From Octopus vulgaris (taxonomy: Eukaryota), in assembly GCA_951406725.2 (NCBI GenBank), contig OX597827.1:50096001-50160000 (forward strand): a stretch of DNA of 64,000 nucleotides. Reading direction: 5' to 3'. The translations under genes were made by a program, and so were the position numbers. Shown piece after piece: positions 12,515 through 26,420 of this stretch (positions are counted from its first letter, which is position 1; each line of letters begins with the position of its first letter). Under the pieces are notes generated by a model. The model was not told the DNA's origin. It ran no database searches and worked only from the letters and a program-made list of their open reading frames with translations.

Positions 12515-13620
12515 ACAGGGGTTTGACAAAATAGAAACACCTTAAAATTTCAAACAATTTTATTTTAATATGGGATAGGACCACATTTGGTAGTAATTAC
12601 AGCTTGAATTCTGCGACGTATGGACTCATACAAAGTTTGAATTGGTTCCAAAGGAATTTTTGTCCATTCTTCAGCTAAAACAGTCTCCAGTTATTGTAGT
12701 GGTGATGGTGGAGGATATCGAATCCTTACTTGTTTTTTCTAAAATGCACCATAAATGTTCAATAACATTGAGATCTGGGGACTGGGGTGGCCAGTTAAAA
12801 TGTTCAACTTCACTGGAATGTTCCTTGTGCCATTCAGTAACAACTTTAGCTGTGTGAATTGGTGCATTATCATCCTGAAAGATTGCGTTTCCCTCCGGAA
12901 ACAGTTCCGTAACTATAGGATGAATTTGATCAGATAAAATGCTTAGTCTTGACTATTAATTCTGCCATGAAGGGAAACCACTGGGCTAGCGGATTTCCAA
13001 GACATAGCCACCCCCAGATCATCACAGCTCCTCCTCCATGTTTAACAGTTGGAAGAAGGTAGTCTGGGTCAAATGCTTCTTTTGGCTGTCAACACAGGTG
13101 GTCGGGAATAAGGTAAAGGATGACTCGTCCGAGAAAATAATATTCTTCCACTGCTCTAGGGGCCAATTCTGTAGGTTTTTACTCCACTCTAAACGCTTTG
13201 CAACGTTTGTTTTTGAAAGCAGTGGTCTTCTGAATGTAGCCCTCCCGTGAAATCCGGCTTTGTGTAACTCCTGGCAAACAGTTTTTGTAGAAACTGGATA
13301 ATATTGGGTTTTGTACTTTTGTGATCCTCTCTAACAATTCGCATAAGAGTCTGACGGTCCCTATCTGAAAGTTTTGGTTTTCTTCCGGAGTTTTGTTTCG
13401 AAGAGGAGGTTTTTTCCCCTCTTTCTCAAATGCTGTCATTACTTTCGAGACAGTACTTCATGATACACCAAACATTTTCGTTACGCTAGCGCCTGCCATA
13501 CGAGCACTAACAATTTGATCTCTTTGAAAGTTCGATAGATCTGTCATTTTAATGAATTTTAATTACATTTTTCTTGTGATATCTGAAAAGAAACAGCAAT
13601 TTTAGCAAAACATATTGAGC
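12515..13620 (-). mobile_element. Tc1-family (DD34E) transposon, decayed
   Basis: Minus-strand IFSDES, FQDDNAPIH and WPPQSPDLNVIEHLW motifs; terminus TACAGGGGTTTGACAAAA. Confidence 0.85.
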
Positions 13621-16070
13621 AACACTAATAATAAATCAAAATGCATAAAAATAAACTGGTACCTATCTTATCGACCCCGAAAAAATGACAGGCAAAATCG
13701 ACCTCGGCAGTATTTAAAGACGGAATTTAAAACTCAGAATGTAGAGAGGGACGAAATACCGCTAAACATTTTGCCCGGTCCTCATTTGAAAATATTAACA
13801 GAACAATTCAACCACTAACTTCCTTGCCCAAAATGTTTTAAACTAACTAAAATAGAAGACTTCTAGAAAATTACTTTACAGAAACATTTTTGTTATGTTA
13901 TATTGGGAAATGTTTCAAAAATAGAACCTAAGCTTTAGAAAACAAAGATTCGTCTTCACAAAAGACGAATCTCTAAATTATGTTTTATTTCATGCCTTAG
14001 CTGCCTTAGTTTAGAACTGATATCAAAAGCGAGCAAAGTACAGTTGCTGTTGTCTATCTGATCTGCAACTTAACTTAATTATTCTTATTTATGAAACTGG
14101 TTGCATTACGTTGCAGAAGCTCACAGTAAAATTTTGATTTCAAATTTTACTACTGGTATTTAAGGCACTATTTTGTGTAATGATTTTAAAGGGTTTCGTT
14201 ATCATTTTTATCTGATGCAATGAACTACCAAATATTTAAAACCCGTTCTTAAGAAACACGTGAAATATCTCACTATGAACATAGAAACACTTTTCTAAAG
14301 TAACCTTTACTGTATTTGTAAAAAAACATTCACCTCAAGCCTCTGTAGTAGTTATAAACCGGACTATTTAATATTGGCTTATCAACAATTAATTGATAAG
14401 GCACGTATAATGTAAACATTAACATACTAAAACAAATAATAAATCAACAATAGTCTTATCGATCTATCTGGGATTTTATGTCCATTTTTTGTTGTTGTTT
14501 TGCAGATAATGGTTCATTGGCATGAGGAAAGCAGAAAGTAATTGTAAGAGAACACGTATGATTGCGTTTTCTTCAGTGTTTTAAAACGTCCACTCTAACA
14601 ATGACAAAATATGTTATTAATTGCTTAAAAATGAAAAAAATCTGGTTAATTCTTGGCTAACTTATGATATGAATGAAATGAAAAGGCTAACGTTTTTTTC
14701 TACCTTAAGTACAATTGAGTAATTTATTATTTAAGATGCATTTTTTAAATGGTACCCACGAACTGGCTTTCCCCGTTGTTTTTCAATTCCAGTTCACAGT
14801 TGGTCAATGTTAAAATGTACAACATTATATGATGCCATTAATATTTTTACTTTTTATTGGCATAGTGTACTTTGGATAATACTAAAGACAGTAAGGTGTA
14901 ATCTGGAAGAGAGCTTTGGTTCTTATAGCCGATTATGTTGCGGCTCCAACGATGATTTGTCTGAAAGAAGATGCGTAACCAGACCAGGATATCGCCTCTT
15001 AAATAGAACTGAAATTGAGTTGTGTACTTAACATTACACAACTTTCTAAAGTGATTTCTACTTGAACTAATTTGTAACGAAATAAATACGAAAAGACACC
15101 TATAAGACATGGAAAATACATGAAGACACTCCTTTCACCTAAACCCCAGAAAAATTAAGAAATATCACAGTTCAAATTCTGTTATATTAATAACACAATT
15201 TTGTTAGGTAACCGTGTGTTGGCGATTGTTAGTGTTCAGACTCATAATTCCTATTGAGTAGGCCGACAATCAAAGGTATTTCAGGTGTGGCTACCTCGTC
15301 TTTTTAAGGGCATCCATTATTACATTATCCAATATATTTCGTAGGATACGATATAAAGGACATTTGGCCTGGTCCATAATCGTTATATTGAAGTGAAATG
15401 CTAGTTCGTAGACATTATTAAAAAAAAATACTTTTATTGAATACTTTATTGAGTAAACCTTAGAATAAAACGCATTAGAACAGTTCAATCAGCTTTTAGG
15501 CGTGTATTTTATATTGAACTCTAAACTCTGCTATTATCTATTGTTGCACGACGCATGACGAGTAGACAGAGTAAATACATAATAATGAATAAAATCTCGA
15601 AATGTTATAGAAAACAAAGTATTATTTAAAGATAAATGGTACTTGTATCCAATAATCAACTGAAATAGTTAAAATATTTAAGCGCATTTACTAATTTTCT
15701 TTAAACTCAGTCGTTTAGAAAATACTTACATAGAATACAATTTAAGTAAAGTGATAAGACGAATTTACTGTGCAAAAACATATATTTCAAAGCATAGCAA
15801 ATGTCATCAGTGCTCATAAAAACTACATTGCTTTAAGGAAAATGCTCCAAGCTACAGTAGATTTTCAAATGATTTAATAATCATGAGTGTAGAAATTTTG
15901 TCTGCAATTATACTTGAAAATACTCGATACTCCGTAGTCATAAAAAAATAAATAAAACTAAAATCTAAAATTTCTAGACCAATACAGTACTTTGATATAA
16001 GTTTCATGAATAAAAGACGATTTATTGTATCATGTTAAATTGATGGAAAATATTGAGTTCATATACATAC

Positions 16071-16143
16071 CTTGAATGATTTCTAAAATTTCCGCTATGC
16101 CTATTAAAATCAAGAGCAGGTTATTGCTGAAAAAGTATGCCAT
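16071..16143 (-). CDS. First coding exon of the PAN-domain gene (signal peptide MAYFFSNNLLLILIGIAEILEIIQG)
   Basis: ATG in AAACAATGG context, hydrophobic stretch, donor CAAG|GTATGT in phase 1 matching the exon at 10344. Confidence 0.75.
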
Positions 16144-17873
16144 TGTTTGGAAGTTAACATTCACCGTCTTTGCTTTGTTAATATTGACTAGTATTCTCCT
16201 TATAGAAGTTTGTACTACTGAATATTATGGGAATATTGATACTGTATACAGCTTGCTTTTATTTTCCAACGTGTGTTTATTTACCAGACTAGGTTAATTG
16301 CGAATTTAATAAACCTCACATATTCTTTTTGATGAATGGCATGAAGCCCTCGCAGGAATCGGGTTTTGCCTAGGCAACAGCACATATCGTAAAACACTCA
16401 AATATTGAACGAGAATTTGAAATAAAGTTTCTTCTTGTTCCACATATATATGTATATATATTTATGTATATATGTATGTATATATATATATGGAACAATA
16501 CGAACTAATATTTACCCTTCTTAGCCATATTATTCTATACATGTAGCAATGCAAATACACCGAATATGATGGTATGTACGTGTGATTGTGTTTTAGTAGA
16601 GCTGTTTAAACAAGGTTGTGTACATTTGTTCTTTTGTAATAAATAGTCCAGTATGAATTTGTTTAAACAAATATTCTTAAGACATTTTATGGACTTCGCT
16701 ATGTATTTTGTTGGTTGACTATGTTTTAGAGAGTACTTTCATCCAGTCAAATACGTAAAGCATTTCTGACACTAATACTTAGTAATTGGATTCTGTTTAT
16801 TTTAGGATTTGAAAATTAAAACCGTTCTACTTCTCTTTAGTAGATTCTCTCAGATGCTTTCGTTTTTACTTTATATATCTTCTATTTCTTTAATACTCGC
16901 TATGTCTAATGCAGAGTAAAGTGCTGGACAAAGTAAATTTCAGTAACTAATTTCCTGTTGAGCTACAGCCTTCACTCCTTTGTAACAATAAACTGAATAG
17001 CAGAGATGAACTGCAATTGATTCAAAATTATACACCTATCCAAAGAAAATTCCTGATCTAGTGTGAGAAATCGATATACACTCTGTTCCGACGTTTAAAG
17101 TCAGAGAGTTGAAAAGAACAATTATGTAGCGGACTAAATGCCACATATTTTAAATACTGAGTTCAAATCCTGCCTCAGTTGATTATATCTTTCATTATTT
17201 TGACAGCAGCACTATACTATGGACATCAACGTACTCTATAGACAGTTAGAAAGTGCTCAGCGTTTGAGAACAAATGATACTTGTTCTTATTTCGGAGATG
17301 GGATAGGTCTAGCTTATATGTTTTAATGAACCTCAGGAGAAGAGCGGAAGAAAGTTAGGAAGAGTCGAGGAGATAGAAATGTGAACAAAATACTATAGAA
17401 TTTCTCCAAGGGTAATGTTAATTTCCTTAGTGCAGAGTTGAACAACCAAAGGCTTGAAGGTGATGATCTCCATAAGTTTTCCTGATATTTTGTCATGTTT
17501 CTGTTAATTCTTGAGAGAGAGAGAGAGAGGGGGGGAGGGGGAGAGAAAGAGAGAGAGAGACAGTGAGAAAAGAGAAAAATCTGATACTTCTCAACACTAA
17601 AACACAATTAAGTATTTCTATTGGGAACACCAATCATAACTTTGTTATTCTGGATAAACTTGATGGTCTTGTGGAAAGTGTCTAACCAGATTCAGGTGGC
17701 CCGAGTTAATAGATCTGCCATTATTGATTTTTCATTCGGTAAAGAGACTACAAATAAATTGCAGACGATATGTGAACCTCATTTACGTTTCCCTGATTGA
17801 TCTTACAAGACGGTTGATATCGCCATCAGGAACTATCTCTGATTCTAATTGAGATCGATTACTCACTCTACAG

Positions 17874-18001
17874 CACTAGCGTAGTGAGAGTGGAGCAGAG
17901 GGGGCGGCACCACTTTGGGTCAGCTGTAGGTACTATATATTTTTTTGGGTGGGGGGTCAAACTGAAGGGCCGCTCCTGGCGTTACACTAGCTACGCTAGT
18001 G
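17874..18001. mobile_element. Small MITE (hAT-like)
   Basis: TIRs CACTAGCGTAG / CTACGCTAGTG, imperfect 8-bp flanks CTCTACAG / CTCTACGA. Confidence 0.65.
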
Positions 18002-18385
18002 CTCTACGAAGTAAGACGACACCAATTTCGGGATATTTGCATATGCAGTTGTGTTAAAGAAAACTGAATTCACAACCCATTGTTATTTAGAAGTTTTTCT
18101 TCTTACTAGATCAAGTGGAAAGCTTTTCAACCTCTCCAAATATCAAAATTCAGTAATGACATTCAAGGTAGGTCTTTACTGAAAATGCTAGTCAAATATA
18201 CCAGAGCTCTCTACTTTTCCCAGCGTCTTAAGCCAGGTGTGCAAAGATTTCGATCTGAGCATCAGCCTTGGAAAGATGCAGGTGAATCTAAATAAAGACG
18301 AAACTTCCTTAGAACCCTTTATCCCAATCCGGATCGTTGCTACCCCTGAAAACTTGTTTGTCAACACGCGCAAAGAAACATAGCC

Positions 18386-18500
18386 TTCTTCTTCTTCTTC
18401 TTCTTCTTCTTCTTCTTCTTCTTCTTCTTCTTCTTCTTCTTCTTCTTCTTCTTCTTCTTCTTCTTCTTCTTCTTCTTCTTCTTCTTCTTCTTCTTCTTCC
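18386..18500. repeat. (TTC)n microsatellite
   Basis: Long pure TTC run. Confidence 0.97.
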
Positions 18501-18507
18501 TCCTCTA

Positions 18508-18870
18508 AGATAGATGTTGCAATACCAGGCTATTCGAGGATGAAATGTAAGGAAACAGAAAAGAGTGAGAAATACCAGCCACTGCGGGACGAGATAGGAA
18601 AGTTATGGGGCATAAGGAAAGTAATAGTGATACCGGTGGTAAGTGGAGCATTAGGAGCAGTTTCCAAGAGCTTTGAAAAGCATATTAAGAATATTGGAGC
18701 TGCTGTCAGACTCGAGATGATCTAGGAGACAGCATTGTTGGGTACGGCTCGCATTCTAGGAAGAGTATTGTCTCTGAGTCACAAGAGAAGGCACTACTTG
18801 AAACCTTTGATGGTTTGTTATTGCTTGCTTTCAAGTAAAGAACAATCGCAAATAGAACAGCGAGAATCAA
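18508..18870 (+). mobile_element. R4/Dong-like LINE 3' end (RLE domain)
   Basis: IDVAIPG...KETEKSEKYQPLRDEIGKLWG...VIPVVSGALGAV. Confidence 0.8.
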
Positions 18871-18919
18871 AACAACAACAACAACAACAACCACAACAGC
18901 AATAATAATATTTTAAAAG

Positions 18920-19506
18920 GTTTGACGTAATTCTTCACAATGGTAAACAGACAAGACGAAGAGTGCTATGCGATTGCAATAAATATTTTATTGGTTGATA
19001 TTTCGACAGCAATCTTATCTTTGTCGAGTTCAAAATAAGAAGTGATAAAAATTCAAAATTATAGAAATTCAAATTTAAAGTGTGAACGAGAGCAACCAGC
19101 GCCCACACGTTGAATGAATGACATCATCAGTCTTTAAGTTTTTTAACTGATAGAAACGTCGATTTCTCAATTTCTGATTCGTATTTCAATGGTCCAGAAT
19201 TCATTGACTCTGGATTGGTCTCAACACTGGCGTCTAGCGAAACTAATAGGGCTGACAAGCCAACTGTAAGAAGGAATAGAACGCAGTAGCTGTAATTTAC
19301 ATTACGACTTTTTCTTAGACACCCGGCTGCTTTGGTAACTTCCAAAATTTCTATATGTTCTAATTTTTGTTCTGTGTACCATAAAATTTATCACTTCAAT
19401 CTACTTGATTTTGATATTTCAAAACGATAGACGTAACTCTTCACAAAGGCAAACAGAGAAGACGAAGAGCGCGATGCGATTGCAATGGATATTTTATTGG
19501 TCGAAA
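18920..19506 (-). mobile_element. Probable Penelope-like terminal fragment with direct repeats
   Basis: AAACAGA.AAGACGAAGAG.GC.ATGCGATTGCAAT..ATATTTTATTGGT.GA repeated at about 18945 and 19450; degenerate GTCGAAAT hammerhead half on the minus strand. Confidence 0.45.
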
Positions 19507-19576
19507 GATGATGATGATGATGATGATGATGATAATAATAATAATAATTATAATAATAATGATAATAATAATGATG

Positions 19577-19654
<78 letters not shown>

Positions 19655-19920
19655 GCATTTTATGATTCGGTGCGACCATGAGATAGAGAATGGGAAGCCG
19701 GACATAATCTTAATTGAGAAAGAAAACAAACTAACACTGGATCACAGATATAGCATGCCCACCCAACAACAAGGTATGCGATAAGGAAGAAAGAAAAGTC
19801 GAGAGATATGACAGGTTAGCTTGGGAAGTTAAGCAGTTGTGGTCGATGAAAAAGGTAATGGTAGTACCAATAATTGTAGGAGCCCTGAGAACAGTGAGCA
19901 AAAATCTCAAGAAGTTACCT
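19655..19920 (+). mobile_element. R4/Dong-like LINE RLE fragment between (TAA)n arrays
   Basis: DHEIENGKPDIILIEK...DIACP...KVERYDRLAWEVKQLW..VVPIIVGAL. Confidence 0.8.
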
Positions 19921-19985
19921 ATGTTCATTGGTAGTGAACAGCTGACACTGTAGTACATCTCCAGCGTTAGAAGTTGTGCAAAGGC

Positions 19986-20085
<100 letters not shown>

Positions 20086-20087
20086 TA

Positions 20088-20641
20088 TGCCCTGATGCAG
20101 TACCAGGCAGTGGCTCTCGTGGGTTCTGATCTTAACTGATTTGAAGTGTTATCATGCACATTGTTTTGTCTTGGTATAAAAGATGGGCTACAGCAAATAT
20201 TCTTCTCGAAACCACAGATTTGCTGTCAGTTGTTTGACCTTAACCAGTTGAGCATGTCCCTTAGTTGCTGACGAAATGTGCATCTCTGATCACGAGCAGA
20301 AGTAGTGGGGGAACATCATAGCCATGTGTTGAAAGGGATTCTTTGGGGTGTGACTAATTCACCTCTGGAAACATGGGTGTTCCGTTCAACATCCTTAAAC
20401 AACCCTTATTCAGGGACCTTTTGAGCGGGATGGGTTACTCGACCAGAAGAAAATTCTAACTGGCCCCCACCTGCAAGGTCATGTGCTGTTTATCTTGATA
20501 TGAAATCACCATGTCGCGCGCATATGGTTGTGATGCATGTGCCTAGTGTACCCTTATCAGACGGGTAGTCATGATGGGTATACTGGGCTTCATATATTTT
20601 ATCCTAGTGTCACTTTGATGGCATTCACTGCTCTCCTACTC
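20088..20641. mobile_element. Unclassified ~550-bp element bounded by (TAA)n on both sides
   Basis: Sharp composition change between TAA arrays; no ORF homology recognised. Confidence 0.45.
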
Positions 20642-20666
20642 AATAATGATGATGATGATGATGATG

Positions 20667-20735
<69 letters not shown>

Positions 20736-20739
20736 TACT

Positions 20740-22065
20740 TTCTTGGCACAGGAAGAAATACTACTAAGGGAACATAAAGGATGTAGGAAGAGTTGTAAGA
20801 GTATCAAGGATCACTTGGTCATCGATAAAACAGTTTTGAGTCATTGAAAAAACATCATACAAACATGTCTGTGGCTTGGATTGACTTTAAGAAGGCATAT
20901 GATATGATACTTCATTCTTGAATCGTTGAATGCTTGCAGATGTTTGGTGTTACTGACAACACCACAAATTTTCTAATGCATAGCATGGAAGAGTGGAAAA
21001 CCAAATTGTACTCAAGTAACGTATTTCTTGGAGAAGTTAATATTAAAAGAGGAATCTTCCAAGGTGACTCGTTTTCTCCCTTACTATTTGTAATTGCACG
21101 AATATCCAGAACAATGACACTTGAGAAAGAAAGGCCCATCATTGAACCATCTTTTGTTTATGGATGACCTGAAATTGTTTGGGAATGTGAAAATAGATAG
21201 ATTCCTTAACCAAAACAGTCCAGAAGTGTGGTAGGGATATTGGTATGGAATTTGGGATTACTAAATGTTCAGTGCTTAATAAGAAAAGAGGAAAGAAAGA
21301 CTCCTGCAGGAGATTGCGGTTACCATCAGGAGAGACCATGGATGAACCCGACGGTAGTGTGTATAGATATCTAGGGATTTTGGAGCTGGATGACAATCTA
21401 CACAGATAAGTGAAAATGAAGGCCAGTGAGGCATATCAAAAAACGATGAAGATGGTGTTGAAATCCAACCTGAATGCCAAAACTTTGGTTACGACAATGA
21501 ATATCTGGGCAGTTACCGTGGTCAGATATAGTGCGTCCATTTTCAAATGGACTAAGGAGGAAATATCAACACTGGATAGAAGGACGAGAAAGTTGATGAC
21601 GCTGCATGGGGCGCTACACCCTAAAGCAAACGTAAACAGATTGTATATGAAAAGAAATAATGGTGGCAGAGGACTAATTAGTCTAGAACATTGGATAAGG
21701 AGTGAAAGGAGAACGCTTACCGAGTATTTGATTTAATAGTGATGAAGACCTGCTGAAATACGCTGCGCAAGATATGGGTGTAAATGCAGATGAAATGGTG
21801 GGCAAGGAAGAGTTTAATCAAAGAGCTGAGAAGAGAAAAGAAGACCTTGAAATGAGAATGCATAGACAGTTTGAAAGGAATACATAGGACGTTAAGCATC
21901 GTGGGCATGGCTTGAGCGAGGTGATTTGAAGCGTACCACCGAAAGCCTGATCATTGCTGCACAAGACCAGGCTCTCGCTACCATTTCAGTGAAGTATAAT
22001 ATCTGTAAAACTTCCGACACCCAGAAATGCAGACACTGTGGAAAGAGCGTGGAAAATGTGACAGG
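20740..22065 (+). mobile_element. R4/Dong-like LINE RT-to-zinc-knuckle fragment (pseudogenised)
   Basis: AWIDFKKAYD, KRGIFQGDSFSPLLF, HLLFMDDLKL, YRYLGILE, LHPKANVNRLYMKRNNGGRGL, ESLIIAAQDQAL, CRHC; stops and frameshifts present. Confidence 0.9.
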
Positions 22066-22850
22066 GAAGATGTGCGAAGTGGAGGGACTGGATTGGGGTC
22101 GCCGGAAGGCTCGGAGAATGGTGCGTTGGATGAGTAGGATGGAAGAGTGGTAGGTAAGGGGAAACGGAGACGGGTAAGGGTGGGGCAGGTACGAGGAGAC
22201 AGAGCAGATCGTGCCCGGGAAAGAGTAGTGTGGATAATGGTGAGGCAATATCCATGTAGGATGAAGTGGCCAGCCATGAGTTGAGATTGAGTCTCAAAGC
22301 CATAGTTGTCGCTGCAGAGCCTGCGTAGAGGGGGGAATTGGGAGTAGGGGATGGAGAGCTTGATGTGGGTAGGGTGGGAGGAAGAGAAGTTAAAGTAGGC
22401 GTGGGAGTCAGTGCATTTGAAGTGGATGAAGGTGGTGAGAGCGGAGCGGTGTATGCTGACAGAAATGTTGAAAATGTTGAAAAAGGCGGCGAGCTGGCAG
22501 AAACGTTAGCACGCCAGACGAAATGCTTAGCGGTATTTCGTCTGCCGTTACGTTCTGAGTTCAAATTCACCGAGTCGACTTTACCTTTCATCCTTTCGGG
22601 GTCGATAAATTAAGTACTAGTTACGCACTGGGGTCGATGTAATCGACTTAAACCGTCTGCCTGTCCTTGTTTTTCCCCTCTATGTTTAGCCCCTTGTTTA
22701 GAGATCGTGCAGGAGCATTCGAGGGCAGGATGGAAGGATTGAACAAAGGGGAGGAAGGAGTCCAGATTTTTGCGGGAGAGTGAGGTCGCGCCGATATAGC
22801 CATCGATATAACGACCCTATAGCTCGGGAGTGGGACCAGTGAATTGTATG
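22066..22850 (-). mobile_element. Penelope-like RT/thumb fragment interrupted by a SINE
   Basis: Minus-strand GRYIDG (RYIDD-like) near 22810 and MAGHFILHGY (F..RGY motif); SINE A inserted at 22483-22698. Confidence 0.7.
22483..22698 (+). mobile_element. SINE family A copy
   Basis: Near-identical to 7402-7636. Confidence 0.9.
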
Positions 22851-24244
22851 TATATATACATGTATGTTTATTCATTAAGAATTAGTATTAACTTAAAATA
22901 ACCATCTGTGAATCATACTTGATACAAAGGCATCATTGACAAACAACAGCTCTTATGGACTTGTTGTGTTTAAAACATTATATATTGATGAGGGAGACAA
23001 ATATCATCCCAGTAGCGACCAATGAGAACGTCAGATGCATTTCGGTCAATGGAGACTTATCAACGACATGTAGTCACAAGCAGCAACATGCCTAGACACG
23101 ATTTGTCACCGCCAACATACAGGCAAGAGTGAATTCAATATTCGATGGTATTACGAATAACCGCCCGGTGGAATAGAAATACGTTAGGTATGTGGCTGGT
23201 AGTGCGTGCACGTCACTTATTAGGTCGAAATAAACCGAAATGCCTCTACCGTTCGTTCAAGACACTACTATGACAATTTTCGTCTCTCTCCGATATATGG
23301 TGTCATTTTTAAATGCAGCATATTCATAAAATATGTTATCTCAGGGCGAGGACTGTAACTTACCTTTCAACGATATTTACGTTAAATATTATTTATAGAT
23401 GCCCCCCTCCTCTCAGTTTGTCTATCTGTCTCCATATCTCTCTTATATATCTATATATGTATACATACACGCATATATAAATACATACATGTATAAATAC
23501 ACACATGCACTCACGCACGCGAGCACGCACATATACGCATATATATATTCATGCATGCATGTATATATATGTGCGTGTTTGTTTTCGTCTATCTCCCCAT
23601 GCATCATTCAAGCCACCTTGATTTGCCTGTTTACGTAACTATCAAATTAAACATATCTCTATTTATCGATCAGTACACCCATCCATTCTATCCATCTGTG
23701 CCATCTATTCATCCATTTAATCAATAAAGCAATTATAAATCGCATGTCTCAATTCTTGTGTGTATAGTATGATATATCATAGAATGACTTGTAATGCTTT
23801 AAAAATATTTTTCTCCAGAGGCATAAGCAATGTCATGAAATCACTTGGTTACTATTGTGCTCCAATTTCATTTCATAACTGCAAACCCGTGTATAATTTT
23901 CGTATTAATGTCACCTAAAATATAATCAATATCAATACCTTATTCAGTAGCATGCAGTTTTCAGCACCAATTAATCGACACAAAAGTAGAGTACTTAAAT
24001 AATTCGTCGTAGATTAACATTCATGTAATAAATATGATGTAATATGATATAACAAACACCTCTGTTTATCTTTTTCTCCGTACTGAAGACATCGTACCAG
24101 ATGAAAATTGTAATTAAGCAAAAAATAAGGCTTCAGTTGTTGAAACGAAAGGAAAATCTAAACTAAGTAAACAATATAAGTAATACACATTTCATTTCTT
24201 TTACTTCACTAACGATAATATATGGATTCTTAGTAAGGCATATA

Positions 24245-24307
<63 letters not shown>

Positions 24308-24353
24308 ATGTGTAGTGCGTGTATATATTTGTGTGTGTTTATGTACGTGTGTA

Positions 24354-24466
<113 letters not shown>

Positions 24467-24694
24467 GTCTATCTACTTATCTATCTTAGAACGCCGAATA
24501 ATGTCTTAAGAGGTCCTCTGATGTTGGCAATTACTGGATACAAGCAGAGACATAACTCGTAGTAAACGATAATCGTCTGTTATGGGGGCCGGATGTGTCA
24601 GATCATGTGATTTTAGTCCAATAATACTATATTTGTTCCACGTCCTCGCGTTGTTGTGTTTTCTTTGTGCTTTCATGTTTGGATTAACTATATA

Positions 24695-25109
24695 CTCTTT
24701 TTTCCTCTTTTACTTGTTTCAGTCATTTGACTACGGCCATGCTGGAGCACCGCCTTTAGTCGATCAAATCGACCCCGGGACTTATTCTTTTTTTTTTGTA
24801 AGCCCAGTACTTATTCTATCGGTCTCTTTTTGCCAAACCGCTAAGTGACGGGGACGTAAACACACCAGCATCGATTGTCAAGCAATGCTAGGGGGACAAA
24901 CACAGACACACAAACACACACACATACATATATATATATACATATATACGACAGGCTTCTTTCAGTTTCCGTCTACCAAATCCACTCACAAGGCATTGGT
25001 CGGCCCGGGGCTATAGCAGAAGACACTTGCCCAAGATGCCACGCAGTGGGACTGAACCCAGAACCATGTGGTTGGTTAGCAAGCTACTTACCACACAGCC
25101 ACTCCTGCG

Positions 25110-25111
<2 letters not shown>
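24695..25111 (-). mobile_element. SINE family B (tRNA head, CORE-like body, internal microsatellite)
   Basis: GGCGCAGGAGTGGCTGTGTGGTAAG...GGGTTCAGTCCCACTGCGTGGCATCTTGGGCAAGTGTCTT...GACTGAAACAAGTAAAAGAG; multiple copies in the window. Confidence 0.9.
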
Positions 25112-25199
<88 letters not shown>

Positions 25200-26030
25200 C
25201 TGGGGTCAAATGTACTGAAAACAGCGGTAACACCTAAAAGCAAATTCAAAACCTAAACATTTTGTTTTTGCGTAAAAGTTTTGTTTTTCTTTAACTCATA
25301 TGATAGGACTCCCCAAGACAAGTGGCATGGGGCTAATCTTTTCAAAAAATATTCAAAATAAAAAAAAGTTATTATATAAGCTAAATGTGCCAAAAGTACG
25401 TAAAACAATTTTCAAGTAATGTCGTTACTTATTACAGTACTAAGACGACGGGCTGGCAGAGTCGTTAAGACGGAGGGTGAAAGCTTCGCGGCATTTCGTC
25501 TGTCTCTATAGTCTGAATTCAAATTCCGCCAAGGTCGTCTTTGCTTTTTATCTTTTTGGTACTCGATAAAATGAGTATCAGCTGAGCACTGAGTTCGATG
25601 TAATCAACTTCCCTCCCCTCCGGATTTAATGGCCTTGTGTCAAAATTGGAAACCAATATTGCAAAATGTTTGATTCAATTCAGTATTTCGGTATCTTGCG
25701 AAGATCTACCTCATATTCATAGAATACATTATATTGTAATAAATATCATTCACACACGGCAGTGTGTGAATAATATTCTTAAGGTTAGCATTTACTCACT
25801 CGCGACCCCTTCTAGACTTTGTCACTAATTCAGTTTTTTCTTTTACCAAATTTGATGATGTTTATACATTTTTAGACTGGCCACCTCTTAAGCTACATTT
25901 TGAGCTATAAAATTTGAATTTGGTTCCGTAGAAAAAAAGTTGAAATTTCAAATATATGAGGTAAAAAAAAGGGAGAATGCCTGAAATCGACTTGAGGGAT
26001 ATACACTCGACGCTGCATACATACTTTCGT

Positions 26031-26081
<51 letters not shown>

Positions 26082-26302
26082 CATACACACACACGCGCGC
26101 ACACACACACATACACACATGCACAATGCACACACATACATGCACTTTCATATAAGTAACTTTTAAAACGCCCATGAAGGGAAACAAAGGTGAGAGTGAC
26201 GAATACGTAGCTTTAAGGAGAGAGGGGGTAAGTTGACAACAATTGATGACAAGTGGACTCTTTTCTGCTGTCCATCGTAAATAAACACTCACACACATAC
26301 AC

Positions 26303-26359
<57 letters not shown>

Positions 26360-26420
26360 ATATAATAATACATACGTCCATACATACATACTCCCTTCTT
26401 TGGATCTTTCCTTTTTCTAT

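Noticed and set aside
14807-15110. Short Cys-containing ORFs in PAN gene intron 1
   Set aside because: No phase-compatible splice sites or PAN spacing found
16076-16297. Plus-strand hydrophobic 73-aa ORF
   Set aside because: Overlaps antisense to the better-supported signal-peptide exon; no splice or homology support
21986-22591. 201-aa Ser/Pro/Thr-rich ORF
   Set aside because: Chimeric frame across a SINE and a decayed Penelope fragment
24512-24590. Possible hammerhead (CTGATGT...GAGAC) with GGTCCTC/GGGGGCC stem
   Set aside because: Core is altered in both halves and the UH cleavage nucleotides are missing
24875-25198. Recurrent 'MSSNARGTNT...EDTCPRCHAVGLNPEPCGW' ORFs (also 37044, 59577, 29022)
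   Set aside because: Antisense translation of SINE family B copies
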